Positions 31,782 through 41,214 of a DNA stretch of 64,000 nucleotides are shown piece by piece. Each line of letters begins with the position of its first letter. The first letter of the stretch is position 1. Position numbers and translations under genes: made by a program. The notes beneath the pieces are model-generated. The model had not been told where the DNA came from, made no database searches, and saw nothing but the letters and a program-made list of their open reading frames with translations. The DNA comes from a virus. The stretch spans positions 1 to 64,000 of IMG/VR virus record IMGVR_UViG_3300009514_000017. The stretch is one strand, 5' to 3'.

Positions 31782-34700
31782 ATGCCAAATATGAAGTACT
31801 ACAGACGTCCTCAGCTTGTACAAGCCAACCGTCCGCTGCTGACCTACGCGACGGTTAGAGGCTCTGTCTTCCGGTCTGACCCTGATGGCTCTCACACAGA
31901 ACCATGGTTCAACGTCTCTGCTTCACAGACGTTTATCGTTACAACTCAGGATGGTGCATCAACAACTACTCTGACTGGTGCCCCTGAGTTCAACACCATC
32001 ATCACTGAGATCAACGCTCAGATGGCCACGGATGTTGTTAACGCCGTGGCCTTCAATGCAGATGGCTATCTCGCCATCAAGTCCACAGCAAAGGGTGCCA
32101 ACGGATATATAACGATAGGTGCAGGCACTGCCAATACTGCCCTCGGTCTTACCAATGGAGACAAGTCATACGGGGCTGAAGTTCCTTACTCTCCTCCGGG
32201 AACAAACGCAGAGGATTGGGGAACCTTCTTCCCTGGACATGGAGAGAACCTAGACTCATCCGTGTTCAACAGAGGGATGTCGGCCATTGCAGGAAACGTA
32301 GACGTCCTGCATTCGGTCATCTCTCGTCAGGCCCCAACTTTAGAAACGGTTATGACTGGGGTAGATAGTGGTGACACTACTGCTATCGGTGGTGGAACTG
32401 GAGATTACGTTCGCTTGGCAGTTGCTCCGGCCGGCACCAGAGTATGGGTTGGTTTTGGAGATCTGACTGCAACTTCTGGGGAGGCCACGCTGGAGAAGTT
32501 CTTCCGGCTCATCGATCTAGATACCAACACGATGTCGCAGTACAGAGTCGTCGCTGTGGTCAGGAACCCAGCGACGACTCTGGGTGATCCTCCATCCGGT
32601 CACGGCGGGAACTACGCCGACGCAACGACCTGGGCCAACGATGGGAACGTTCTCGGTGTTCGTCTAACCAAGTCGTCTGCCGAAACGATCACTGGTATCT
32701 CTGGTGGTGACACCATCACCTGTTCTGGGGCCACATTCTCTACCAATGGAGTTGTTGCTGGCGATGTAGCAATAATTGCCAACGCAGACAATTTGGATGA
32801 AGGAGACAACAACGGCGAGCGCTGGATCATCACTAGCGTGGTTTCTGAAACAGTCATCAAGGTCCGCGCCATGTCAAAGGCGGAGTTGGACTACTTCTCC
32901 GTCACGAGCAACGAAGTACAGCCAGTTCTGGAGCTTACAGCGCAGAAGACGGGCGGGGAAGTTTACGGTGACGTTACTGTAAAGACCGGCGTCTTCATGG
33001 ATGGGTTGGAGCTGATTGTCACTCCAGCTATTCCAGTGGGAACCAATCTTGGCCTCCAGATTCCAACTGATTCCCAGACGCTTGAGTCACTAGATCTAAA
33101 CGCTCCACTGCTAGGCACCACGTCACTGACTGAAGCCTACGGTCCAAATGTTACCCCACTACCTGATGGGTTGATCAAGGCGCCAGAAGGGTCGTTGGCT
33201 GGAGACTTGACGTTCACTGCCGGAACCATGAGGTGGAGAGGGAAGGTAGTTACCATCCCGACTGCCACATTTGCACCCGCAGATCTAACAGCATCTCAGA
33301 CCAACTATCTGTATGTGGACGGTGATGAGGGGATCATCAAATTCACTACCACAGTCTCTGATCTTTCAGCTTGGACTGACAACGACCCCAGTAGCTGGAC
33401 CGCCGCTAGCAAACCGCTGCTCCTTGGTGTTGCAATCGTCGATGGAGCCCCGGCCATCACGTCATACACGAACGGACAGAGAGTCCTCGCGGAAGACTCG
33501 GTCAACGTCACTGTTGGTTACGGTGGACAGTTCGCAACTCTCGAGGATGCTGCTGTCTACATCAACGCCTTGTCCAGTGCTTCGTCTGAGACTTCACCGG
33601 CGGCAGATGGAAGCTATCCGCATTTCAACGTTGAGATCGTCAGTGACATCTCCATCGGCGCAGACATCACGTTCTCGGCACCTGGACTAAAGCTGTATGG
33701 AAGGAACCCAAATACTGTCGTCGAGTGGGGAAACGACTACGCCATTACCTATACTGGTGGTGGAACTCTGGTCATCGAAGATTTGAATCTGACGACTGCG
33801 TCCGGAGGAGCAGTCGTCGCTAAGATGTTCTACATCGACAGTAATGATTCTCGAGTTGTCGTTGACAATGTCATACAGACTCACGCTGGAACCAATTACG
33901 TCTCCAACTTCATCAACACTTCTGCAACCGACGGAATTTCAGAGTTCCGAGCGTTGAACAGTACGTTCAACGTTGTTGGTTCAGTGTGTCGTGGTGATGG
34001 AGCAGGTGGGGTTGGAACAGGTCCTGGTAAGGTCTTGTTCTACGGATGTAATGTTACAACCACAGATGCAGGGAACAACCAATTTCGACTCGTCTGGCCA
34101 ACTGGTGGAACTTGGGGAACCGCGACGAGTACGTTTACCGTTCGAGATTGCGTGTTGGACATAAGTACGAATGACACTACCGGCTACATGATTGTCTCAT
34201 TGGTTGCCGGTGGTGCAGTCGTAGTTGATGGTTGTGTAATTACTATAGCAGCGACTCTTCCAGAATCTGGAGCAGCCGCAAGAACTACACACCTCATCGA
34301 CATGAACAACGTTGCAGGCGCATCTCTTGTCTTCACCAACACATCTGTTGGGACCATGCCAAAGGCCATTGAGGCTGGGGCCACAGATCTAGTAAAGGTT
34401 GATAATTGTATATTCTCAGTCAGGGCTCATGGAAACACAGCAGTTGCATTCCTTGAGGATGTAACCCAGGTCTCGAATTGCTTCTTTGAGATTGTAAACT
34501 CAGGAGACGTAGGCAGAGTTGCACCAACCACTGCAATCAAGCTGGATACAGGCGGCAACGCGAGCGGTAACTTCATCTCAGGCACAGGCAATGGGATAGA
34601 GATGGGTGCTCGCAGTTCTGCGGATTCCAACTTCATTGAAATCAGTGCTGGTGCCAACTCTCTTCCGACGTCTGCCATCTTGATGAACAGTTCGTCCATG

Positions 34701-36308
34701 GTGACTGGGAACTGGATTCAGAACACTCTTGGCAGCCCAAACAACGGGGTCATCGAGTGTTTGACTCAGACCGGTGGAACTATCGCGAACAACATCATCG
34801 ATAACACTGGTGGCTCAGCTACGTCGTCTGCCATCTACTTGTCAGCTTCCAGCCGTATTAATGTGACTGGCAACTACATTGTATGTCCCGGAACTACATG
34901 GACTGGTATAGAGCTCATCAACGGAGATGAGATCACAATCACAGGTAACACGATCTACTCCACGAGTGAGTGTATCCTCGTAGATGTCTCGTCTGCCAAT
35001 GTGACTATCTCTGATAATAGACTAGATTCATCGGTTCTTTACGGTGTCAACCTGGACCAGTGTACTAAGGTAGCCGTTTCCAACAATGTTGTCACCGCAG
35101 CTGGACATGGCCTCTATCTCAATGTTGCCCTTGATGTATCACTGACTGGAAACAATGTTGTTGTTGGCGCTGGTGACAGTGCTGTGTACCTCAATGGTGC
35201 CTGTATCGATGTTATCGTAAACGATAACTACCTAGAGGGAACTGACACCGCAGGTGTTGAAGTTAGTGCTACGTCTCAGAACATCATCGTCTCAAACAAC
35301 AGGATAGACACAGCAGGTGGTGATGGCATCAACTGCGCTGGTGACGATTACGTTCTGAATGGAAATCGAATCGTTACGACTACTGGACACGGTGTTGATA
35401 TCTCTGGTGATAGAGGTACCGTTGTTGGAAACAAAATCACAACGACGACAGGCACTGGGGTGCAGGTTGGCGGAACCAATGTAGGTGCAACCATCGGTAA
35501 TAATCACATCGTCACGTCTTCTGGTCAGGCTATTCAGTACGATGGTGATGATGGTTCCATTGCGAACAACAACATCACCAACTCGTCAAACGTCACTGGC
35601 GGGGTGATTGAGCTTAGTGGTGCCAACCATGTAGCTATCACTGGTAACGTTCTAAGCTTGTCAACTAACAGCTACGGAATATTTCTGACGGGGACTACTT
35701 CCTATGTCAACATCTCTGGAAACAAAATTGAGAACGTGACGGTAGGAGGTGATGGAATCGTGCTTGGTACAGGAGCTGGATGCACTGACATTACTGTATC
35801 TAACAACACAGTAATTGTCGCAGAGGCAAAGGCTTTTATTCTGACATCGGCTCATAGAATAAACGTCTCAGGCAATTTCTTTGAGAACACTGGAGATGGT
35901 GGAACGAACAAGCACGTTGTTCATATTGAAGGTACTAGTGGAACCAAGCCGCAGGATTTCTTGTTTACAGGGAATACTGTAAAGCTTGGTGATTCAACTA
36001 ATGATGATGACAATCTTCCGATGGAGATTCTCTACGCTTTGAATGCGATAGTTGCCAACAATATGCTCATTCGAGACTCTGGGAATGGGGCTGGACGTAT
36101 ATTTATCCGAGTTGGAGCCACCGGTGGTGATGCGGCGGACTCAGCGCATGGAGTTCTTGTTTCACACAATCTCTTCTCGGGTGGTACAGGTGGTGTGGTA
36201 GATAACGTTAACTCTGTTGGGACTGGTAGGACTAGAACACATCGTCCAGTCACTCCTGTTGAAGAAGGAGGGGCAGGGACCTTCAGTACCGGCCAAGCGT
36301 TCGAGTAG
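31782..36308 (+). CDS. tailspike with right-handed parallel beta-helix (pectin lyase-like, putative depolymerase)
   Basis: C-terminal half has more than 20 repeats of about 22 aa (I/V-T/S-G/N-N-x-I); helix cap VGYGGQFATLEDAA. Confidence 0.8.
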   Translation: MPNMKYYRRPQLVQANRPLLTYATVRGSVFRSDPDGSHTEPWFNVSASQTFIVTTQDGASTTTLTGAPEFNTIITEINAQMATDVVNAVAFNADGYLAIKSTAKGANGYITIGAGTANTALGLTNGDKSYGAEVPYSPPGTNAEDWGTFFPGHGENLDSSVFNRGMSAIAGNVDVLHSVISRQAPTLETVMTGVDSGDTTAIGGGTGDYVRLAVAPAGTRVWVGFGDLTATSGEATLEKFFRLIDLDTNTMSQYRVVAVVRNPATTLGDPPSGHGGNYADATTWANDGNVLGVRLTKSSAETITGISGGDTITCSGATFSTNGVVAGDVAIIANADNLDEGDNNGERWIITSVVSETVIKVRAMSKAELDYFSVTSNEVQPVLELTAQKTGGEVYGDVTVKTGVFMDGLELIVTPAIPVGTNLGLQIPTDSQTLESLDLNAPLLGTTSLTEAYGPNVTPLPDGLIKAPEGSLAGDLTFTAGTMRWRGKVVTIPTATFAPADLTASQTNYLYVDGDEGIIKFTTTVSDLSAWTDNDPSSWTAASKPLLLGVAIVDGAPAITSYTNGQRVLAEDSVNVTVGYGGQFATLEDAAVYINALSSASSETSPAADGSYPHFNVEIVSDISIGADITFSAPGLKLYGRNPNTVVEWGNDYAITYTGGGTLVIEDLNLTTASGGAVVAKMFYIDSNDSRVVVDNVIQTHAGTNYVSNFINTSATDGISEFRALNSTFNVVGSVCRGDGAGGVGTGPGKVLFYGCNVTTTDAGNNQFRLVWPTGGTWGTATSTFTVRDCVLDISTNDTTGYMIVSLVAGGAVVVDGCVITIAATLPESGAAARTTHLIDMNNVAGASLVFTNTSVGTMPKAIEAGATDLVKVDNCIFSVRAHGNTAVAFLEDVTQVSNCFFEIVNSGDVGRVAPTTAIKLDTGGNASGNFISGTGNGIEMGARSSADSNFIEISAGANSLPTSAILMNSSSMVTGNWIQNTLGSPNNGVIECLTQTGGTIANNIIDNTGGSATSSAIYLSASSRINVTGNYIVCPGTTWTGIELINGDEITITGNTIYSTSECILVDVSSANVTISDNRLDSSVLYGVNLDQCTKVAVSNNVVTAAGHGLYLNVALDVSLTGNNVVVGAGDSAVYLNGACIDVIVNDNYLEGTDTAGVEVSATSQNIIVSNNRIDTAGGDGINCAGDDYVLNGNRIVTTTGHGVDISGDRGTVVGNKITTTTGTGVQVGGTNVGATIGNNHIVTSSGQAIQYDGDDGSIANNNITNSSNVTGGVIELSGANHVAITGNVLSLSTNSYGIFLTGTTSYVNISGNKIENVTVGGDGIVLGTGAGCTDITVSNNTVIVAEAKAFILTSAHRINVSGNFFENTGDGGTNKHVVHIEGTSGTKPQDFLFTGNTVKLGDSTNDDDNLPMEILYALNAIVANNMLIRDSGNGAGRIFIRVGATGGDAADSAHGVLVSHNLFSGGTGGVVDNVNSVGTGRTRTHRPVTPVEEGGAGTFSTGQAFE

Positions 36309-36321
36309 TATAGAACAGAGC

Positions 36322-36362
36322 TAAAAGAGAAAGGGCCCGGTGAAGTTCACCGGGCCCTTCTC
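36322..36362 (-). terminator. intrinsic terminator at the convergence of the structural and replication modules
   Basis: Perfect inverted repeat aagggcccggtgaa-g-ttcaccgggccctt (36331-36359), followed on the - strand by tctctttt; may act in both directions. Confidence 0.8.
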
Positions 36363-36569
36363 CTATCCCAACAGCACCCCATCTGGGATGACGACTGCCG
36401 AAGCTATGATCTTCTGCAAGATCTTGGTTCGTTTCTCACCTGGAGGAAATCTCAGTCCAAGATGTTGATCTGCGAACCACCTGAGTTGTTCATCGCTCCA
36501 CGAAACAAGATCTTCGCTGCTTACAGCTATAGTTTCACTCGGCAGCACAGTGTTTGGGCGACGAACCAC
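36363..36569 (-). CDS. small protein, helix-extension-helix (Rho-N/HeH-like) pattern
   Basis: SDEQLRWFADQHLGLRFPPGEKRTKILQKII; start uncertain. Confidence 0.5.
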   Translation of the reverse strand: MVRRPNTVLPSETIAVSSEDLVSWSDEQLRWFADQHLGLRFPPGEKRTKILQKIIASAVVIPDGVLLG

Positions 36570-36592
36570 AGCAGCTTCTTCGGCTCTCGCCC

Positions 36593-37594
36593 CTACGAAG
36601 GGTTGGGCGCAAACACCTTCAGGTAGCCCATGAACTCAGGCAGGGTGTTCTGCTTTCCAGCCTTGTTTAGGGACTCGACCATAGCCTGGCCAACTCCCGG
36701 CGCAGCGCCGTAGATGTGATGCATGGCGACGCAGAGGAGGAGTACATTCTGGCCGACCTCGTCGATGTTGTCCTTGACTTCGTCGACCTTCTTGTTCAGG
36801 TCCGAGTAGCCCTTCTTGAGGGCTGCAATCTGCTTCTTTAGATCTTCGAGCTCACCTCCAGACTGAGCAGGGGCTGGCTGTACCTGCTGTGGGGCAGGAG
36901 GGCTGAACTGAGGCGCTGGAGGGAAACCAGGAGCTGTGGGCGGTGGCTGGAAGCCTGGGGCGACCGGTGGCCCACCATTGGGTGGAGGAGGAGCATACTG
37001 CTGTGGCGCAGGAGGCGGCGGTGGAGCGGATGCAGTACCACTGGCAGCTCCCTTTGATCCTTTCGATCCCTTCCTCGGCCCACGCTTCGTTGGGGTTGTC
37101 TGGGGCGGTGCCTGCGGAGGCGGTGCATACCCACCTGTGGGAGGACCTGGAGGTGGCGCGAACCCGGGAGGGGGAGCGAATCCAGGAGGCCCAGGAGGCG
37201 GCGGTGGAGGCTGAAATGCCTGTGCCTGCTGTGGTGGCGCTGGTGGAGTCGGGTAGGCTCCAGGAGGCGGAGGAGGTGCGGGAGGATGTGCCATTGACTG
37301 CGCTCCTTGCGGTGTTGGAATCACCTGTGAAATGCTGCCTGAAAACTGTGGTATTTCTGGATTGTTAGGGTCATCTGGTGCCAACTGATTGCCTTCTACA
37401 TCTTGACCCACTTTGATTTCATGGTTCAGCACCATTTGTCGTATCTGGTGCTTGGGGGTTTCAAACCCCTTCTGAAAATCGACCAGCTCATACACGAGCT
37501 GGGCCAGATTCCTGACACGCAAAAACGTGTCGGCCTGTAGCTCGTTGAATCTTTGGCTCCAGAGTTTTACTGGGGCCGCCGGTCCTGCCGTCAT
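36593..37594 (-). CDS. polyproline-rich protein with coiled coil
   Basis: About 140-aa P/A/Q/G region, followed by LEDLKKQIAALKKGYSDLNKKVDEVKDNI. Confidence 0.75.
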   Translation of the reverse strand: MTAGPAAPVKLWSQRFNELQADTFLRVRNLAQLVYELVDFQKGFETPKHQIRQMVLNHEIKVGQDVEGNQLAPDDPNNPEIPQFSGSISQVIPTPQGAQSMAHPPAPPPPPGAYPTPPAPPQQAQAFQPPPPPPGPPGFAPPPGFAPPPGPPTGGYAPPPQAPPQTTPTKRGPRKGSKGSKGAASGTASAPPPPPAPQQYAPPPPNGGPPVAPGFQPPPTAPGFPPAPQFSPPAPQQVQPAPAQSGGELEDLKKQIAALKKGYSDLNKKVDEVKDNIDEVGQNVLLLCVAMHHIYGAAPGVGQAMVESLNKAGKQNTLPEFMGYLKVFAPNPS

Positions 37595-37866
37595 TCCTTG
37601 CTTTCTCCTTTCTTACCACTATCCAGGATGGCTTGGACTCCCATGCTTCCAATGAGATCGATGACTGCCATCCTGGCTATAAAAGACGACTCCGTGGTGG
37701 GGCTAAATAGGGGACAAGTTCCTCCCTCGTTTACCATCTCGATGGTGACGTGTGTGCAAGTTTCTAGTCTGTCACACGAGATACAGTCCCCTGCCCTCAA
37801 AGTTCCATCATGTTCGGTGCGAAACATGACCCGTGCTTCCCTTCGGTGCAGTCGAAGGTTGTGCAC
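37591..37866 (-). CDS. small Cys-rich protein
   Basis: CISCDRLETC...CPLF; ATGA overlap with the downstream gene. Confidence 0.55.
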   Translation of the reverse strand: MHNLRLHRREARVMFRTEHDGTLRAGDCISCDRLETCTHVTIEMVNEGGTCPLFSPTTESSFIARMAVIDLIGSMGVQAILDSGKKGESKE

Positions 37867-38141
37867 TTACCGTTGCATCCCGGAAGTTGTGGTCGGATGC
37901 GCTGGATGTGTACGTCGATAAACCCTTCTAGTCTAGTTCGCGTGAACGTAGTTCCAGAGAGCTCAACTGGGTGGGGTTCCCTTTCTCCCATCACCAAAGA
38001 CACCAAGACTCCCTTTGGCAAGTGTCTCTTCAACCTACAGCCGTTCTGTAAGAAGGCGAGTCTAAGTAGCTCTGTTGGATTGCATCGTTCCAGAACTTCT
38101 CTCATCTCTACTTCTGAGCTTGGCTCCATCTCCTGAACCAC
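37797..38141 (-). CDS. small Cys-rich protein
   Basis: C-terminal CNGKCTTFDC...C. Confidence 0.55.
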   Translation of the reverse strand: MVQEMEPSSEVEMREVLERCNPTELLRLAFLQNGCRLKRHLPKGVLVSLVMGEREPHPVELSGTTFTRTRLEGFIDVHIQRIRPQLPGCNGKCTTFDCTEGKHGSCFAPNMMEL

Positions 38142-38563
38142 CCATCCTTTGCCTTGTCGATTCCTAGTTCTAGCAGGTCCTCCTGTTTCGGGCAGGATGG
38201 ACAGAAATCATACGGTTTCTCTTCACAGATCTCGAGAGTAACCTCAGTGTAGTGCTCCGGCTGTTTTTCGTTGATCCTGTCTGCTAATCCAGTCCATACC
38301 GGACACATGACCTTCTGTAGTCTACGGGTAGGGTCGGACACCAAGATCAGGGTGAAGACCCGGTGCGGGCAGTATGTACATGCTTCGTAAGGTCTGACGG
38401 CACATACTGCCCTGTCCTGATGCTGAATGACTTCCGGGTCTTCAACTACTGGTCGGCAGATTACTGTCCTGCCGTTGCCCAATACTCCTGTTTCATTCTC
38501 TCTTAGTCTCCTATCCTCATCCCTCTCCGGTGTTAGAGTCTCCGGGTTGAGGTGCATCCTCAC
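38108..38563 (-). CDS. Cys-rich hypothetical protein (two CxxCP units)
   Basis: CAVRPYEACTYCP and CEEKPYDFCPSCP form an internal repeat. Confidence 0.6.
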   Translation of the reverse strand: MRMHLNPETLTPERDEDRRLRENETGVLGNGRTVICRPVVEDPEVIQHQDRAVCAVRPYEACTYCPHRVFTLILVSDPTRRLQKVMCPVWTGLADRINEKQPEHYTEVTLEICEEKPYDFCPSCPKQEDLLELGIDKAKDGWFRRWSQAQK

Positions 38564-38987
38564 CTCCGAGGTAACGTTCAGGATCTATTGCCTCAAGGAA
38601 TACCTCTACCCTTTGGTTGCTAGGATCCTCGAACTTGTCCTGCCCGGCCGCGAAGATCTGACTATCATCTATGCCGATGGCGGTCTTGATGCTGTCGACG
38701 ATGATCTTGACGCGGTTGTCCAGGTCGATCTTCTTATACCGGGATTTGGGACGTTTTCGTGGATCTGGATGGTTCCAGTTCTTGTTCTGTAGCGCTTTGA
38801 AGTAGAACCTGAGGTAAACCCAGTAAGCACTGTTTGGGTCTAGCTTGTTGATCTCAGGTCCATGTTCTCGAATGACCGTTGAGACAAACTGGTTCAGATA
38901 TATTCTTGCAGCCTGAGTCTTGATGGTTCCGCGAATGTACAGCTTGTTTGAGGTGGGTGGGATCTCGGGGTATACGATGTGTATCAA
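38517..38987 (-). CDS. rusA: RusA-family Holliday junction resolvase
   Basis: PPTSNKLY ... KIDLDNRVKIIVDSIK..IGIDDSQI. Confidence 0.85.
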   Translation of the reverse strand: MIHIVYPEIPPTSNKLYIRGTIKTQAARIYLNQFVSTVIREHGPEINKLDPNSAYWVYLRFYFKALQNKNWNHPDPRKRPKSRYKKIDLDNRVKIIVDSIKTAIGIDDSQIFAAGQDKFEDPSNQRVEVFLEAIDPERYLGGEDAPQPGDSNTGEG

Positions 38988-38991
38988 ACCT

Positions 38992-39231
38992 TCACCTTTC
39001 GTCCTCCTCCTGCATTCTGTCTACCATCTTTCTTAGGTCGTCAGCGGATGGCTGCCCGTTGTGCAACGCCTGGTGTGGAGTCTTGGAGTGCTTCCCTGCT
39101 TTGTGTACCAGCACGAAAGCAAGCTCTCCACCCTTGGCAAGCCTGACCACAGCTTTGGTCTTTCCCTCACGCACTACCTGTGGGCTGAACTCCTCGAACT
39201 TGCTTCCGTAGTACCGCTCCAGCCATCCCAT
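38992..39231 (-). CDS. hypothetical protein
   Basis: GGAG upstream; fits the operon spacing. Confidence 0.55.
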   Translation of the reverse strand: MGWLERYYGSKFEEFSPQVVREGKTKAVVRLAKGGELAFVLVHKAGKHSKTPHQALHNGQPSADDLRKMVDRMQEEDER

Positions 39232-39269
39232 GACTCCATCCTTTTCTTAGGACACCCCTCGAGAGTCCA

Positions 39270-39872
39270 TCATCTGGAGGTTGGTGCCCACCTCTGACCG
39301 GGGAACGACGGTGCTCTAGCAGACCCTGTCCTTTTCTGCCTGTCCACGTCCTGCCCTCTCTGCGTGATTCTACGAGAAACCGTTTCCCAGTTTCTCTTGG
39401 CGCGGTTCCTGGCGGCAGCAACGTAGTTGTGGATGCCCTTTTTGACTAGGACATCTTGCTGAGCAGCCAATAGCCTTACATCCGTTACCACGTAATCTTG
39501 CGCAGCAGGGATGGTCAACTTTTTCTTGGCTGTAGCTGCGGAGTTTCGAAGAGACACTCTAAGTCTGGCCTGGACGAACTCGTAGTTTGCTTCTGCGGTT
39601 CGCAGGTTATTTTCGGCGATGACCAACTCATACTCGAGCCACCCAAGCCAACGGTTGATGCATTCAAGCAGGTCCCCAAGCTGGTCGTCGGTGAGGAGGT
39701 TGGTGTCTCTTGGGTCTTCACCACTGTAATCAGTTGGTCTTGTTGCCGATGGAAGACCTCGCTCAGTGATGAGCTGGAATACGTTGTCGTGGACGCCTTG
39801 GAAAGCAGAAGTTCCGGACGCCAAGTCGTTGACATGCTCATCTAGATCTTTCGTCAGATCGAACTTGTTCAC
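39270..39872 (-). CDS. helical protein, possibly a UvsY-like recombination mediator
   Basis: Long amphipathic helices, QDYVVTD..L segment, SRRIT end; close to recA. Function is inferred. Confidence 0.5.
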   Translation of the reverse strand: MNKFDLTKDLDEHVNDLASGTSAFQGVHDNVFQLITERGLPSATRPTDYSGEDPRDTNLLTDDQLGDLLECINRWLGWLEYELVIAENNLRTAEANYEFVQARLRVSLRNSAATAKKKLTIPAAQDYVVTDVRLLAAQQDVLVKKGIHNYVAAARNRAKRNWETVSRRITQRGQDVDRQKRTGSARAPSFPGQRWAPTSR

Positions 39873-39874
39873 TT

Positions 39875-40765
39875 CTACCTCCGCGCTTTCTGCTTACGCG
39901 AGATATAGTCGTTGTAGCCGTGGCAGTTGAAGCTGTATCCGCAGCTCTGGCAGTTGAAGCCTGGAGTAGGTGGTGGTGGGTCATCATTGTCGTATCTCCT
40001 GACCAGGTCTTGAAGCTTTATTTTCACAGCCTCCCAGAGAGGTAGCTCGAATGGGATTGTGAAATCCTTCAGCATCGACGTGTCTTTGTTCATGTATAGG
40101 AACCAAGTTATAGGTCTCTGCGTCACGGCTCCATAGACACATGCTTGCTGTTTGTGCTCCGGCTTCGGCTTGTTTAGCTGCCCAAACCCGTGGGAGTTGA
40201 TCGTCTTGTACTCATGCACGACGCCAACCTCAAAGATTGGCGAGTTCGGTATGTTCTCTACCACGGCGATGTTGTCTGCATCTGCATGACCTTCGATGTA
40301 GAAATCACTGGCAAGGTCATGTGTGTCGCCGTTAATCGAGATTTCTGGAACGTAGTAGTCTCCCCATGCACCCATCATTCCGTATGTCTGAAACAGCCCA
40401 TGTAGCTCGTGGCCAAGATCGAAGATGAGCCTCAACCTGTAGTCTATACTCTCGTGGGCATCCGCTCCAATCATGGTCCAGTAGATCTTGAGCATGCATG
40501 GGTCTGCGATTCCGGATGGGTGAATCCCCGGATAGCGAGGCTCGTGTAGTACCCAGCCTCGCTTGTCACAGCTATGACATGGAACCCATTCAGGCTCTTC
40601 CTTGGCCTGCTTCTTTCGTTTCGTTAGATCAGTTAGGAATGTCTCAAGCTTCTCCTTCAAGCCGAGATTCTTTGCGATGATGAACCTTGCGTTCTGATTC
40701 ATCTCCTCCCACTGCTCTATGGTGTGCAGTTTTATGATCTCCCGTTTCGGGACGATGATGTTCAT
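39875..40765 (-). CDS. Cas4-like PD-(D/E)XK exonuclease with Fe-S cysteines
   Basis: HPSGIADPC..GHELH..GHAD..EYKT..QACVY..CQSCGYSFNC; ATG at 40765 in an ATGA overlap. Confidence 0.8.
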   Translation of the reverse strand: MNIIVPKREIIKLHTIEQWEEMNQNARFIIAKNLGLKEKLETFLTDLTKRKKQAKEEPEWVPCHSCDKRGWVLHEPRYPGIHPSGIADPCMLKIYWTMIGADAHESIDYRLRLIFDLGHELHGLFQTYGMMGAWGDYYVPEISINGDTHDLASDFYIEGHADADNIAVVENIPNSPIFEVGVVHEYKTINSHGFGQLNKPKPEHKQQACVYGAVTQRPITWFLYMNKDTSMLKDFTIPFELPLWEAVKIKLQDLVRRYDNDDPPPPTPGFNCQSCGYSFNCHGYNDYISRKQKARR

Positions 40766-41214
40766 CCCGTGTACTCCTTGAGAGCTACATCGAAAACCCA
40801 CCACGGAACTACCACTAGATTGAAGTCCTCCCATTTCAGGAAGTGGCTCCCTCCATGAATCTTGAACGACTTGGACGTGATGATTTCTGGAGTCATCTCT
40901 AATAGATTTGCGTAATCTTTCAGCCAGTTGTAGTCGCAAACCACCAACCGATCATCTCCATCCAACAGGTCTATCTGGAAGAACCAAACATCGACTCCAC
41001 TCTCCATGGCCTCCTTCCTGATCTTGCGTATGTCGGCCAGCTTGAGAGAGTAGAAGTTCTTGGACGTGGTCTTTGCTTCGCCTTTGACGACTCCACGAAC
41101 CTGCACATCACTCTTGGCGCTGAACTTGGAGCCAGAGCCGGGCATGACCCGGCCCCCAATACTCCTAGCCAACCTTCGCTCCTGTTCTTGGCTCTTCTTG
41201 TGGACCCTACTCAT
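40762..41214 (-). CDS. PD-(D/E)XK endonuclease, Holliday junction resolvase-like
   Basis: QEQERRLA..GG..PGSGS..KSDV...EAKTT. Confidence 0.7.
   Translation of the reverse strand: MSRVHKKSQEQERRLARSIGGRVMPGSGSKFSAKSDVQVRGVVKGEAKTTSKNFYSLKLADIRKIRKEAMESGVDVWFFQIDLLDGDDRLVVCDYNWLKDYANLLEMTPEIITSKSFKIHGGSHFLKWEDFNLVVVPWWVFDVALKEYTG

Noticed and set aside
5283-36308. Diversity-generating retroelement or invertible tail-fibre cassette
   Set aside because: No reverse transcriptase, invertase or near-identical nucleotide repeat pair was seen; the repeats are diverged and visible only at protein level.
36838-37368. Gly-rich + strand ORFs (36936, 36943) and the alternative - strand ORF 36838
   Set aside because: They are antisense or off-frame reflections of the polyproline codons of 36593..37594.
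39875-40765. CRISPR-Cas locus suggested by the Cas4-like gene
   Set aside because: No repeat-spacer array or other cas gene was seen; the context is recombination.
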